From an uncultured Porphyromonadaceae bacterium (lineage in GTDB: Bacteria; Bacteroidota; Bacteroidia; Bacteroidales; Muribaculaceae), in the NCBI GenBank assembly GCA_947177405.1, contig CAMWUJ010000003.1, positions 13,427 to 77,426 of the forward strand: a stretch of 64,000 nt of DNA. Direction: 5' to 3'. The notes beneath the pieces are model-generated. The model made no database searches and was not told the origin of the DNA. It was given only the letters and a program-made list of their open reading frames with translations. The position numbers and the translations under genes are program-made. Positions 1 to 9,416 of the stretch are shown piece after piece. Numbering within the stretch: position 1 is the stretch's first letter; every line of letters begins with the position of its first letter.

Positions 1-110
1 GCTTTATCCTTTATTGAGTCAAGAAAAGAAACGACCCTCCTCTCCGCAGCCTTGTTATCCTTGAAATAAGGCGCGCCAAGATGAAGGTCGCTTAAGAAAT
101 ATGCTCTCAT
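1..110 (-). CDS. LpxH-like metallophosphoesterase (UDP-2,3-diacylglucosamine diphosphatase family), N-terminal part only; the gene runs off the left edge
   Basis: Not in the ORF track because there is no stop in the window. The reverse-strand ATG at 110..108 translates MRAYFLSDLHLGAPYFKDNKAAERRVVSFLDSIKDKA. The SDLHLG start is metal-binding motif I of LpxH/calcineurin-like phosphoesterases. Confidence 0.55.
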   Translation of the reverse strand, partial: MRAYFLSDLHLGAPYFKDNKAAERRVVSFLDSIKDK

Positions 111-152
111 TAAAAAGAGTTATGTAGCATTTAAAACAACTTCTATAAATCT

Positions 153-566
153 TTACAGGAATCCAAGTTCAAGCTTGGCCTCCTCGCTCATCATATCTTG
201 ATTCCATTCCGGCTCAAACACGAGTTGCAGGTCAAGTTTTTCCGGACCCTCGATGCTAACGAGCTTCTGCCTCACATCCTCAACGATGAAATCCGCAGCC
301 GGACAAGAAGGCGCCGTCAACGTCATATCCACATGGAGTGTCTTGTCCGACGTGTCATAATCTATTTTATAGATCAGACCCAGATCATATACGTTTACAG
401 GAATTTCCGGGTCAAACACCGTGCGGAGCATTTCAACAGCCTTATTTGTCACATTCAGTTCCTCAGATTGAGGCTCAGAAGTATCAGTCGATTTTGCAGA
501 CACTTCCGTATTATTATCTTCAGAAGAGACTTTTACCTCTTCGCTATCATGAATGTTATCTTCCAT
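153..566 (-). CDS. DUF59 / SUF-system Fe-S cluster assembly protein (SufT/PaaD-like)
   Basis: 137-aa ORF with an acidic N-terminal tail followed by FDPEIPVNVYDLGLIY and TLTAPSCPAADF, the DUF59 signature with its conserved Cys. Confidence 0.8.
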   Translation of the reverse strand: MEDNIHDSEEVKVSSEDNNTEVSAKSTDTSEPQSEELNVTNKAVEMLRTVFDPEIPVNVYDLGLIYKIDYDTSDKTLHVDMTLTAPSCPAADFIVEDVRQKLVSIEGPEKLDLQLVFEPEWNQDMMSEEAKLELGFL

Positions 567-583
567 AGTTTTTCAAATTAGAT

Positions 584-1198
584 TTAGAACAGCCATGCCA
601 GATTAATCTGCCAGCCTTGATTTCTTGCGGAAAAATTATCCAACTTCACTGTGCGGACATCATAACTAAGTCCCCAGAGATACCCCATGGAAAGCTGTAA
701 ATGTTCATAAAACTCGCCTCCGATTCCGCATTGAATCCCTAAGGAACCCTCAGGATGTTCGATACAGTCAAGCTTGCTTGTGGAAAGATTGAAAGTGAAT
801 ACCGGCCCGGCATACACGAATGGAGCCACATATCTCTCGAATCCATCCATTCTTGTCCACTTGAAACGCAAATTAACAGGAATCTGAAGAGTATGGAAAT
901 TCACGGTTTCGTTTCCGAATCCCGCTACCGACCAGACCGGTTTCTCTCCGAAATTTACCTTTGCTCCATGCAAAGCATACTTCAATCCGAAATCAACACC
1001 GAAACCGATTCCCGGAATCATAATCTCACCCATCAATCCTGCATTCACTCCTGCAGTGTATTTTGTAGTGATAAGATCCTGCTTCCAATTAAGCGTGGAA
1101 ATATTCACTCCGGCGGTAGGACCCCACCTGAATTCAGCCGAGGCCGACAATGCCACGAACAGCAGCAGTATGGCACTCACTATTTTCTTCATAACCAA
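584..1198 (-). CDS. small outer-membrane beta-barrel (porin-family) protein
   Basis: Signal peptide MKKIVSAILLLFVALSASA (the likely start is M3 at 1192). It has alternating amphipathic strands and ends in an aromatic residue (LAWLF), typical of OMP beta-barrel domain proteins. Confidence 0.7.
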   Translation of the reverse strand: MVMKKIVSAILLLFVALSASAEFRWGPTAGVNISTLNWKQDLITTKYTAGVNAGLMGEIMIPGIGFGVDFGLKYALHGAKVNFGEKPVWSVAGFGNETVNFHTLQIPVNLRFKWTRMDGFERYVAPFVYAGPVFTFNLSTSKLDCIEHPEGSLGIQCGIGGEFYEHLQLSMGYLWGLSYDVRTVKLDNFSARNQGWQINLAWLF

Positions 1199-1271
1199 TC
1201 TAATAAGTAGCTGTTAAAACATAAAAAGTGTGTCCGGACATAAAAAGTCAGGACACACCTTCCATTTAACT

Positions 1272-1928
1272 TTAGAACATCCAGGCAGCAGTAACTGTCC
1301 AGTAATTATTCTTTATCTTCACATCATCTGTGGGAGAGGGAAGGCCGGCAGGGAAACCGGGAATGGTCTTGTCGGCAAATTTTACGATATTATTGATACC
1401 GAATGTATAGCCGGCACCGATCTGAAGATGCTTGATAAGCTCCACTCCAAGACCGAGGTTCCAACCCCACTGTGCGGTCTTTGTCTGAAGATATCCATCC
1501 TTCTTGCCACCGAGCTTTAGGGCGAGATCCGGACCGGTGAAGATGTAAGGAATCACGATTCTATTGATAGCCGGTAGAGAGAGCTTATATTTAAGATTCA
1601 AAGGAATTTCAAGGAAATTCTTTGCAGACTTGTTGGAAGTCACAACTCCGTCTCCATCGATGAAAGGAGACTCGCTGTTCATGCGTGCATACATCAGTGA
1701 AAGATCCATACCTATACCGATGACAGGCACAGTGAACTCAGTGGTGACACCGGCAGTCCAGCCACAACGGTTATCATCATTGAATGTTTCATTCCAGTTG
1801 CTCTTGCTGAAATGGACTTTATCTACATTAAGACCTGCCTTAACACCAAAGCGAAGGAATGCGTTGGCCTGAGAACAGCCAAAGATGGCTACCAAGGCCA
1901 TCACGAGAGTAAATTTTAACTTTTTCAT
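1272..1928 (-). CDS. small outer-membrane beta-barrel (porin-family) protein, paralog of 584..1198
   Basis: Signal peptide MKKLKFTLVMALVAIFGCSQANA and a C-terminal TAAWMF. Its opening motif (FLRFGVKAGLNV) matches the neighbour's (FRWGPTAGVNI). Confidence 0.7.
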   Translation of the reverse strand: MKKLKFTLVMALVAIFGCSQANAFLRFGVKAGLNVDKVHFSKSNWNETFNDDNRCGWTAGVTTEFTVPVIGIGMDLSLMYARMNSESPFIDGDGVVTSNKSAKNFLEIPLNLKYKLSLPAINRIVIPYIFTGPDLALKLGGKKDGYLQTKTAQWGWNLGLGVELIKHLQIGAGYTFGINNIVKFADKTIPGFPAGLPSPTDDVKIKNNYWTVTAAWMF

Positions 1929-2024
1929 ATCGCTACTGTTATTTTAAGTTACAAATTTAGGAAATAATTCTTAAAGTTCGCTAACTTTGTAGAAAGTTTC
2001 TATAATTTTTATTAAATTGAATCT

Positions 2025-4490
2025 ATGTTGGCAGAAGTAATACTCCCGTTACCTCTATATTCCACCTTCACCTATGTGGTGCCGGAGGAGTTGGAAGAAC
2101 ACGTGCAGCCCGGTTCAAGGGTGCTTGTGCAGTTCGGTAAAAAGAAGTATTACACAGGAATCGTGGAATATACCCATTCCAATCTTCCCCAGGGATACGA
2201 AGTGAAGCCCATCATGGCACTTCTCGACGCCTCGCCCGTGGTAAGATATCCTCAGATAAAGATGTGGCGATGGATTGCGGAGTATTACCTATGTTCGGTT
2301 GGTGAGGTCTATAAGGCCGCGGTTCCTACCGGACTTAAGCCAGAAAGCGAATCCTACATATCCTTCAATAAAGATTGGGAACTCCCCGACGATTTCTCGC
2401 CTACCGACCATGAAGCGATGGTGATTCATTTCATGGAAGAAAAGAAGCGTCTGAAGATTTCAGAAATCGAATCGGCTTTGAAGATCAAGGCTGCCGCAAA
2501 AATAGTGAATCGCCTCCTTGAGATTGGAGTCTTGGAGATAGATGAGAAGCTTGTGGAGAAATACAAGCCCAAGAAAGTGGTGTATGTGGAGTTATGCTGT
2601 CACCAAAAGGATAACGACACTCTTCATTCATTCTTTGATCTTGTGAACAGATCCCGCCAACAGGAAAAAACGCTCATAGCATGGCTTGATTTGTCGGGAT
2701 GGATGTCTCCGACAAAAGCGCCTGAGCCGGTGGAGCGTGAGAAACTTCTGTCTGTGGCAGGTACTTCCCCCGCTGTATTGAGAGCTTTGATTGACAAAGG
2801 TATTTTCCGGCAGGTGAAACGGGTGGTGAACCGGTTCAACACAAATGACGCCCCTGCTTCACCTTTATTATCGCCTCTATCCGGACCGCAACAAGATGCT
2901 TTCAATGCCATTAAGGAGGGATTCCGCAACTCAAAAGTCACTCTTCTGCATGGAGTGACCGGAAGCGGAAAAACGGAAATATATTCACATCTGATGAATG
3001 CTGCCTTAGCCGACCAGAGACAGGTGCTCTATCTTGTGCCGGAGATCTCACTTACCACACAACTCACCGACCGTCTCAGAAAAATCTTCGGAGACCGTCT
3101 GCTGATATATCATTCCAAATTTTCCGACAATGAGAGGGTAGATATATGGAAACGACTACTCACAACCACCCAACCCCTTATCATTTTGGGAGTGAGGTCG
3201 TCCGTTTTCCTTCCTTTTTCCAATTTAGGATTAGTGATTATAGATGAGGAGCATGAGAGTTCCTATAAGCAGTATGATCCGGCTCCGCGTTATAATGCCC
3301 GGGATGCAGCAATCGTACTCGCTTCCATGCACGGATCTAATGTGCTCCTCGGGTCGGCTACACCTTCGATCGAGACCTATTACAAAGCACTTACCGGGAA
3401 ATATGCTCTTGTAAGCCTCACCAGAAGATTCAAGGGAGCCGAACTTCCGGAAGTGAAGATTATCGACATGCGAGACCAGCGGAAGCGAAAATTAAACAAA
3501 GGTATTCTGTCAGATCCTTTCAGGAAAGCGTTACGGCATACTCTTGAAGAGGGACAGCAGGCAATAGTATTTCAGAACCGGAGAGGATTCGCTCCTGTGG
3601 TGGTATGCACTCAATGTGGATGGACTCCAAAATGTGTCAACTGCGACGTATCAATGGTCTATCACAAGAACACGGATATCCTGAAATGCCATTACTGCGG
3701 ATATTCAAAGCCGTTGCCCAAGCTATGTCCGGCATGCGGGCAGAACAGTATCGAGACCTTCGGCTATGGCACCGAACGCATTGCCGAGGAGCTTCATAAG
3801 GAGTATGACGGATTCAGGGTGGCTCGTATGGATCTCGATACTACCCGAAATAAAGATGCCCATCAGGAAATCATTGAAGAATTCGCCCGACATGAGACCG
3901 ACATTCTGGTGGGTACACAGATGGTGAGCAAGGGTCTTGATTTCGGGAATGTGAACGTTGTGGGAGTCATCAATGCAGATACTCTTCTTAATTTCCCGGA
4001 TTTCCGCAGTAATGAACGTGCCTACAATATGCTTGAACAAGTGGCGGGCAGAGCCGGACGGCGCGAAAAAAACGGAACCGTTTTCATACAGACCACCCAA
4101 ATCTCCAATCCGGTGCTCGATTATGTAAAAAATCACAACTACGTGAAATTTTATGAAAGTGAGATTGAGGAACGTCGCAATTTCGCATATCCTCCTTTCA
4201 CAAAAATCATAAACATATATATCAAGAACAAAGACGCAGCCTCGGCAGATATAGCAGCCGTGATATTTGCCAAGAAGCTTCGCGAAGTATTCGGTGAACG
4301 TGTCTTGGGTCCGGAGAAACCCTTTGTTAGCCGGGTTGCCCTGTGGTATCTTCAGTCGATCATGCTGAAAGTGGAAGCCGGTGCATCCATGAAGAAAGTG
4401 AAAGACATCCTCCGGAAACTTTATGCCGACATAGCAGGAGAACCGCATCTCAAAAGCAGTATTATATATTATGATGTGGATCCCGTATGA
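2025..4490 (+). CDS. priA: primosomal protein N' (replication restart helicase PriA)
   Basis: 821 aa. Walker A GVTGSGKTEIY, DEEH box (VIIDEEHESSYKQ), and the Cys-rich zinc-binding insert CTQCGW..CVNCD..CHYCGY..CPACG. Confidence 0.95.
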   Translation: MLAEVILPLPLYSTFTYVVPEELEEHVQPGSRVLVQFGKKKYYTGIVEYTHSNLPQGYEVKPIMALLDASPVVRYPQIKMWRWIAEYYLCSVGEVYKAAVPTGLKPESESYISFNKDWELPDDFSPTDHEAMVIHFMEEKKRLKISEIESALKIKAAAKIVNRLLEIGVLEIDEKLVEKYKPKKVVYVELCCHQKDNDTLHSFFDLVNRSRQQEKTLIAWLDLSGWMSPTKAPEPVEREKLLSVAGTSPAVLRALIDKGIFRQVKRVVNRFNTNDAPASPLLSPLSGPQQDAFNAIKEGFRNSKVTLLHGVTGSGKTEIYSHLMNAALADQRQVLYLVPEISLTTQLTDRLRKIFGDRLLIYHSKFSDNERVDIWKRLLTTTQPLIILGVRSSVFLPFSNLGLVIIDEEHESSYKQYDPAPRYNARDAAIVLASMHGSNVLLGSATPSIETYYKALTGKYALVSLTRRFKGAELPEVKIIDMRDQRKRKLNKGILSDPFRKALRHTLEEGQQAIVFQNRRGFAPVVVCTQCGWTPKCVNCDVSMVYHKNTDILKCHYCGYSKPLPKLCPACGQNSIETFGYGTERIAEELHKEYDGFRVARMDLDTTRNKDAHQEIIEEFARHETDILVGTQMVSKGLDFGNVNVVGVINADTLLNFPDFRSNERAYNMLEQVAGRAGRREKNGTVFIQTTQISNPVLDYVKNHNYVKFYESEIEERRNFAYPPFTKIINIYIKNKDAASADIAAVIFAKKLREVFGERVLGPEKPFVSRVALWYLQSIMLKVEAGASMKKVKDILRKLYADIAGEPHLKSSIIYYDVDPV

Positions 4491-4551
4491 CAATACAATC
4501 TTAATTCTTAAGTCTTAAATCTTACAAACCATTCAACCATTAAATAAGAAT

Positions 4552-5916
4552 ATGAACCAGAAAATACACGATAAATTTGACAGAGAACATCTCTGGCATC
4601 CATATACCTCCACCAACAATCCTTTACCTACCTATAAGGTTGACCATTGCGAAGGAGCGGAAATCATCCTTGCTGATGGGAAGCGCCTTATCGACGGAAT
4701 GTCGTCATGGTGGTGTGTGATACATGGGTATAACAATCCTGTTCTCAACGACGCACTCAAAGCCCAGATAGATAAAATGAGTCACGTGATGTTCGGAGGG
4801 TTGACACACGATCCGGCAATTGAACTCGGTAAACTTCTTCTTACCATTCTTCCTCCTTCTATGAATCATATCTTTTATGCTGATTCGGGATCGGTAGCAA
4901 CAGAGGTTGCCATGAAAATGGGAGTCCAGGCCTGGGACAATCCGAAGAAAACCAACTTCGCCACAATCAGAAGAGGTTATCACGGAGACACCTGGAACGC
5001 TATGTCGGTCTGCGACCCTGTCACCGGCATGCACGGAGCTTTTGGAAACGCACTTCCCATACGTCATTTCGCCCCGGAACCTCAATGCTCATTTCATGAG
5101 GAGTGGAAACATGAAGATTTCCTACCGATGAAAAAAATCATTGAAGAAAACCGATCCGAATTAGCGGCTGTGATTCTTGAACCCATAGTGCAAGGAGCCG
5201 GAGGAATGAGATTTTATCATCCCCAATACCTTCGTGAATTACGGAAATGCTGCGATGAAAACAATGTTTTGTTGATTTTCGATGAAATTGCCACCGGATT
5301 CGGTCGTACAGGAAAACTTTTTGCCTGGGAACATGCAGGCGTGGAACCCGATATAATGCTTATCGGTAAAGCTCTCACCGGAGGCTATATGACTTTTTCC
5401 GCTGTCGCCGCCTCCGATAAAGTAGCCGACATGGTATCAAAATCTCAATCGGGAGTAATGATGCATGGCCCTACATTTATGGGAAATCCGCTTGCATGCG
5501 CTGTAGCACTCGCTTCGACCAGACTGCTTCTCGATTCTCCCTGGCAAAAGAGGATAAAAGAAATCGAGAAGATAATGAAAGAGAATCTCTCCGCTGCAAC
5601 GCAACGGAAATATGTCAGGGAAGTTAGGGTTTTGGGAGGAATTGGAGTAGTAGAATTAGACAGGGAAGTTGATCTCGGTCGTTTCCAGAAATATTGCGTG
5701 GAAAAAGGTGTATGGATACGTCCTTTCGGACGCAACGCCTATATCATGCCTCCATATCTGGCGGTTTCCGATTCACAGGTAAGAGTTTTGTGCGAAGTCC
5801 TTCTCAATATTCTCGACAGAATGTACGGAGATAACAAAGACTCCATCCAACAAAAAATGTTAATGCAGGGTCGCATATCAGGGAGCAGATATCGCCTTGC
5901 AGACGAAGGAATATAG
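4552..5916 (+). CDS. bioA: adenosylmethionine-8-amino-7-oxononanoate aminotransferase
   Basis: Class-III aminotransferase motifs: [24 protein letters not shown] (PLP Lys) and YIMPPY. The C-terminus is about 25 aa longer than expected because the ORF reads into the repeat arm at 5838. Confidence 0.9.
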   Translation: MNQKIHDKFDREHLWHPYTSTNNPLPTYKVDHCEGAEIILADGKRLIDGMSSWWCVIHGYNNPVLNDALKAQIDKMSHVMFGGLTHDPAIELGKLLLTILPPSMNHIFYADSGSVATEVAMKMGVQAWDNPKKTNFATIRRGYHGDTWNAMSVCDPVTGMHGAFGNALPIRHFAPEPQCSFHEEWKHEDFLPMKKIIEENRSELAAVILEPIVQGAGGMRFYHPQYLRELRKCCDENNVLLIFDEIATGFGRTGKLFAWEHAGVEPDIMLIGKALTGGYMTFSAVAASDKVADMVSKSQSGVMMHGPTFMGNPLACAVALASTRLLLDSPWQKRIKEIEKIMKENLSAATQRKYVREVRVLGGIGVVELDREVDLGRFQKYCVEKGVWIRPFGRNAYIMPPYLAVSDSQVRVLCEVLLNILDRMYGDNKDSIQQKMLMQGRISGSRYRLADEGI

Positions 5917-5935
5917 CGAGCTATATGACTGAGGC

Positions 5936-5985
5936 AATTGAAAATCGACGAGTTTCCACTATTGATTAACAATGACGAGTCAAAA
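5936..5985 (+). repeat. repeat unit copy 1 (AATTGAAAATCGACGAGTTTCC-N13-CAATGACGAGTCAAAA)
   Basis: The 21-22 nt head and the 13-14 nt tail are identical to the copies at 6173 and 34338. Confidence 0.9.
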
Positions 5986-6172
5986 GGCGATAGATGCCCC
6001 TGAGATGCGAGTGAAAGAGTAATTTAAAACTTTAATTTTAATAAATTTAAATATCATTACAATTTCCAATAAAGAAAGTTACCCGGGTCCGCCCTCTTTT
6101 TGGCTAAAATCTCGAATCTCTTCAGTCACAGCGCAGAGGCTGCTCCTTCAGAGATTCAAGATTTTATCTCAA

Positions 6173-6221
6173 AATTGAAAATCGACGAGTTTCTTCTTAA
6201 ATCTGAGATGACGAGTCAAAT
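6173..6221 (+). repeat. repeat unit copy 2 (AATTGAAAATCGACGAGTTTC-N14-ATGACGAGTCAAAT)
   Basis: Direct repeat of 5936-5985. It is preceded by TTTTGGCT..TCAGTCACA..GCTCCTTC, as is copy 3. Confidence 0.9.
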
Positions 6222-6275
6222 AGGCCGCCCTGCATTTAACATTTTTTGTTGGATGGAGTCTAAAAGATAACGCCA

Positions 6276-7409
6276 ATGAAATTTGAGGCTTACAAGGAAA
6301 TACTGAATCAATTTGAAAGCGAGAACCGACTACGCAGGATTCCCACAGACAGAGAGAATCCGGAAAGAATTGATCTATCAGGTAATGACTATCTTGGCTT
6401 GGCTGCAGCATGCAAAGATGAATATCCTGAATTTATAAGGAGAACCACAGCCTCCTTTTCCTCCTCCGCTTCGCGTCTTCTTGCTTCCCGTCAGAATCAT
6501 TTCTCTCTTTTGGAAGAACAGCTGGAGAAACTTTACAGGCGTCCGGCATTGCTGTTCAATTCCGGATATCATGCAAACGTCGGCACTATATCCGCTCTCA
6601 GCATCCCCCCCACTCTCATAGTGAGCGATAAACTAATTCATGCCTCCATTATCGACGGTATAAGGATGGGGAAAGCCGACAATGTAAGATGGAATCACAA
6701 CGATACCTCTCACCTCCGAAAGATTATAGAGAAATATAATGACCGCTACGACAGGATAATCGTGGTGGCTGAATCGATCTACAGCATGGATGGTGACCTG
6801 GGTCCTCTAAAAGAGCTTGTGGAACTTAAGAAACAGTTTCCGAAAATCATCCTCTACATTGATGAAGCCCATGCATTCGGAGTGAGAGGAGAGAAAGGGT
6901 TAGGACTCACGGAGGAATATGGACTACTGGATGATATAGACATCTTGATATGCACGCTCGGGAAAGCATGTGCATCGGAAGGCGCATTTGTGATTACCTC
7001 TCCCCTTCTTCATTCCTATCTGATAAACACTGCGCGTCCACTTATTTTTTCAACAGCCCTGGCCCCAATCAACGCGGCATGGACCTCAGAAATGATTCGA
7101 AAGATAATCTCCATGAAAAATGAGAGAGAAAAACTTAAGGAAATATCAAAAGATTTTCGTAACTTTATATCACGAATCACTCAAAAAGATAATCCTTCGC
7201 AATCACAGATAGTCCCCATGCTGATCGGTGATGCCGGGAAAGCTCTTCAGATTGCGGAAGCTCTCAATAGAGAAGGTATTGATGCGTTGGCTATAAGACG
7301 TCCTACCGTTCCGCCCGGAGGAGAGCGAATAAGATTCTCACTCAATGCGACACTCTCCCAATGTGAACTAAGAAAAGTGAAGGATGCAATTCAGAAAATA
7401 GTGAAATGA
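6276..7409 (+). CDS. bioF: 8-amino-7-oxononanoate synthase
   Basis: 377 aa alpha-oxoamine synthase: SGNDYLGL, HASIIDG, and the PLP-Lys context CTLGKACASEG. It sits between bioA and bioG-bioC. Confidence 0.85.
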   Translation: MKFEAYKEILNQFESENRLRRIPTDRENPERIDLSGNDYLGLAAACKDEYPEFIRRTTASFSSSASRLLASRQNHFSLLEEQLEKLYRRPALLFNSGYHANVGTISALSIPPTLIVSDKLIHASIIDGIRMGKADNVRWNHNDTSHLRKIIEKYNDRYDRIIVVAESIYSMDGDLGPLKELVELKKQFPKIILYIDEAHAFGVRGEKGLGLTEEYGLLDDIDILICTLGKACASEGAFVITSPLLHSYLINTARPLIFSTALAPINAAWTSEMIRKIISMKNEREKLKEISKDFRNFISRITQKDNPSQSQIVPMLIGDAGKALQIAEALNREGIDALAIRRPTVPPGGERIRFSLNATLSQCELRKVKDAIQKIVK

Positions 7410-8794
7410 ATATAACCTTTCTTAACCCTTCTCTAAGGTCTGACCGTCTTATCCTCATCTTCTCCGGATGGAGCTGTGGAGCCGACCTATACCACGACTT
7501 TACATTTCCCGGATGGGAAATAGCAGTAGTGGACGATTATTCCTCATTGTCGTTCGACATAGCTGAGCTTGAAAGGTTTTCCACTATATATCTTTTTGCA
7601 TGGTCATTAGGAGTTTTCATGGCTTCCACAATCGACTTCAGATCTCATATCACCGCAGCGGTCGCTATCAATGGCACACTTAAGCCAGCAGATGACTTAA
7701 AAGGGATCCCCAGGGATATATTTGTCAAGACTGCTGAGAATCTCACACCTCGCAATCTGATTAAGTTCAGAAGACGAATGGCAGGAGAGAGTGATATCTT
7801 CAATCAAATTTTCAAAAAGGAATTCTCAGTGGAAGAATCATCTGGATTAAGGAATCAACTTTTTTCTATACTTGATTGGCAAGAGAGTCATCCTTCTTAT
7901 CCGCTACCATGGAAGAAAGTGTTCATTTCAGAAAACGATGCTATTTTCCCATATAAGAACATGAGGAGATTTTGGGAAGATGAATCGATATATCCCTCTC
8001 CTAAAACGATCTCCCTGCGTGAAAGTCATTATGTGCCGATGGAGAGAATTGTAAAGATGACAATTCCTGAAGTTCAAACCTTAGCTCGTCGTTTCTCCGG
8101 AGCGGCGGCCTCATACAATTCGAATGCCGAGGCTCAACGTAAACTGTCAACCTTGTTGGCAGAGATGCTTTTCAGGAAAGGTCTTTCGGTTGATCAGAAA
8201 ATTCTTGAAATAGGATGTGGCACGGGAATCTTTACCCAAGAGATAATCAATTTATTTTCTCCACGTGAATTGGTCATGGTGGATATCTCTGATGTACGAC
8301 CCGATACCTCCAATATCAATTCAAGATTTCATAAAGCGGATGCCGAGAAATGGATTGCTGATTCAGAAGAGAGATTTGATGCTGTGGTTTCTTCGGCCAC
8401 GGTGCAATGGTTTGTTAATCTGCCTCTTTTTTTCAGCAATGTTTACCATCATTTGGAAGATGACGGGATTCTTGGATTCTCCACCTTCCTTTCGGGAAAC
8501 CTTTATGAACTTGACAGCCTGCGCCCCTCCCCTCTTCATTATCATACCTCTCAGGAAATCCGGATATGGCTTGAAAGATGGTTTGAAGAGATTGAAGTGA
8601 TAGAAACAGAATATATATTGAATTTCGACACATACCGTCAGCTTTTCGACCATCTCAGATCAACAGGCGTGGGAGGATCGGCACCGGTCGAGAAGTTATC
8701 GATTTCCTTAATAAAGGAAATGAGACAGCTCACCTTCAAATGTGGATGTTTTGTTGCAAAAAAGAAAAATAAAGAGATATATGGAAATAATTAA
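7406..8794 (+). CDS. bioC: fused BioG (DUF452 pimeloyl-ACP methyl ester esterase) and BioC (malonyl-ACP O-methyltransferase)
   Basis: The N-terminal half has LILIFSGWSCG and the nucleophile elbow FAWSLGV (DUF452/BioG). The C-terminal half has SAM motif I ILEIGCGTGIFT. The start ATGA overlaps the bioF stop. Confidence 0.75.
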   Translation: MNITFLNPSLRSDRLILIFSGWSCGADLYHDFTFPGWEIAVVDDYSSLSFDIAELERFSTIYLFAWSLGVFMASTIDFRSHITAAVAINGTLKPADDLKGIPRDIFVKTAENLTPRNLIKFRRRMAGESDIFNQIFKKEFSVEESSGLRNQLFSILDWQESHPSYPLPWKKVFISENDAIFPYKNMRRFWEDESIYPSPKTISLRESHYVPMERIVKMTIPEVQTLARRFSGAAASYNSNAEAQRKLSTLLAEMLFRKGLSVDQKILEIGCGTGIFTQEIINLFSPRELVMVDISDVRPDTSNINSRFHKADAEKWIADSEERFDAVVSSATVQWFVNLPLFFSNVYHHLEDDGILGFSTFLSGNLYELDSLRPSPLHYHTSQEIRIWLERWFEEIEVIETEYILNFDTYRQLFDHLRSTGVGGSAPVEKLSISLIKEMRQLTFKCGCFVAKKKNKEIYGNN

Positions 8795-9329
8795 GACAGA
8801 AATAGAAGGGCCTGTAATTATAAAGCCGCGTGTGTTCAATGATGCAAGAGGATATTTCTACGAGAGCTATAACAAAGCCGAGTTTGACCGGCTGGTAGCT
8901 CGAGTGGATTTCGTGCAGGATAATCAGTCGATGTCCACTTTCGGAGTGATGCGCGGTCTTCATTTCCAACGTCCTCCCCATGCACAGGCCAAACTGGTGA
9001 GATGTATTCAGGGAAAGGTACTTGATGTGGCGGTGGATCTACGCAAGGACTCGCCCACCTATGGAAAACATGTTGCAGTGGAACTTACGGAAGAAAACAA
9101 ATTGCAGTTTTTCATTCCGCGCGGGTTTGCACACGGGTTTGTGGTATTAAGCGATGTGGCGGTGTTCCAATATAAATGCGACAATCTGTATGCTCCTGAT
9201 GCTGACGGAGGAATCTCCATCCTCGATGAATCACTTGGAATAGACTGGGGAATCGATATAAAGGAAGCCATTCTTTCTGAAAAAGATACGCGTCATCCCC
9301 TTCTTTCCGACTTTGATTCTCCCTTCTGA
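8781..9329 (+). CDS. rfbC: dTDP-4-dehydrorhamnose 3,5-epimerase
   Basis: MEIIKTEIEGPVIIKPRVFNDARGYFYESY, RGLHFQ and FIPRGFAHGF. I prefer the ATG at 8781 over the track start at 8742. It overlaps the bioG-bioC stop by 14 nt. Confidence 0.9.
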   Translation: MEIIKTEIEGPVIIKPRVFNDARGYFYESYNKAEFDRLVARVDFVQDNQSMSTFGVMRGLHFQRPPHAQAKLVRCIQGKVLDVAVDLRKDSPTYGKHVAVELTEENKLQFFIPRGFAHGFVVLSDVAVFQYKCDNLYAPDADGGISILDESLGIDWGIDIKEAILSEKDTRHPLLSDFDSPF

Positions 9330-9416
9330 TTTGGAAGTTTATCAGAAAGGTTGTATATTTGTAAATAAACCCATCTTTTGCCGATTCATCGAAAGGCAAT
9401 TTAATCAAAGACTAAA

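Larger units (their letters stand above)
5838..6261. repeat. composite intergenic repeat element bounded by a 33/34-nt inverted repeat (arms 5838-5870 and 6228-6261)
   Basis: AGACTCCATCCAACAAAAAATGTTAATGCAGGG compared with the reverse complement of CCCTGCATTTAACATTTTTTGTTGGATGGAGTCT differs by one 1-nt indel only. The interior is non-coding and carries two direct 49-50 nt units. Confidence 0.9.

Noticed and set aside
198-581. Antisense and alternative-frame ORFs in the track that lie inside strong genes. Examples are 198..581, 755..1210, 1564..1872, 3723..4493, 4705..5085, 9405..9812, 20151..20816, 38692..39390, 39806..40357 and 53100..53525.
   Set aside because: Each is fully embedded in, and on the opposite strand or in another frame of, an ORF with clear family motifs. 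Their translations are low-complexity or Cys/Arg/His-rich, with no recognisable motif. I treat them as shadow ORFs.
5838-6261. An invertible-promoter (phase-variation) reading of the 33-nt inverted repeat.
   Set aside because: I kept it only as an alternative. I found no TAnnTTTG promoter box on either strand inside the segment and no recombinase gene in the window. The interior also consists of repeat-family units found elsewhere, which fits a MITE/BIME-like element better.
5739-6411. Track ORFs 5739..5972(-) and 6169..6411(-) across the bioA-bioF repeat region, and 34093..34368(+) across the leu-operon repeat.
   Set aside because: They exist only because the repeat elements lack stops in one frame. 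They overlap the bioA and bioF or leuB coding ends and have no signal of coding potential.
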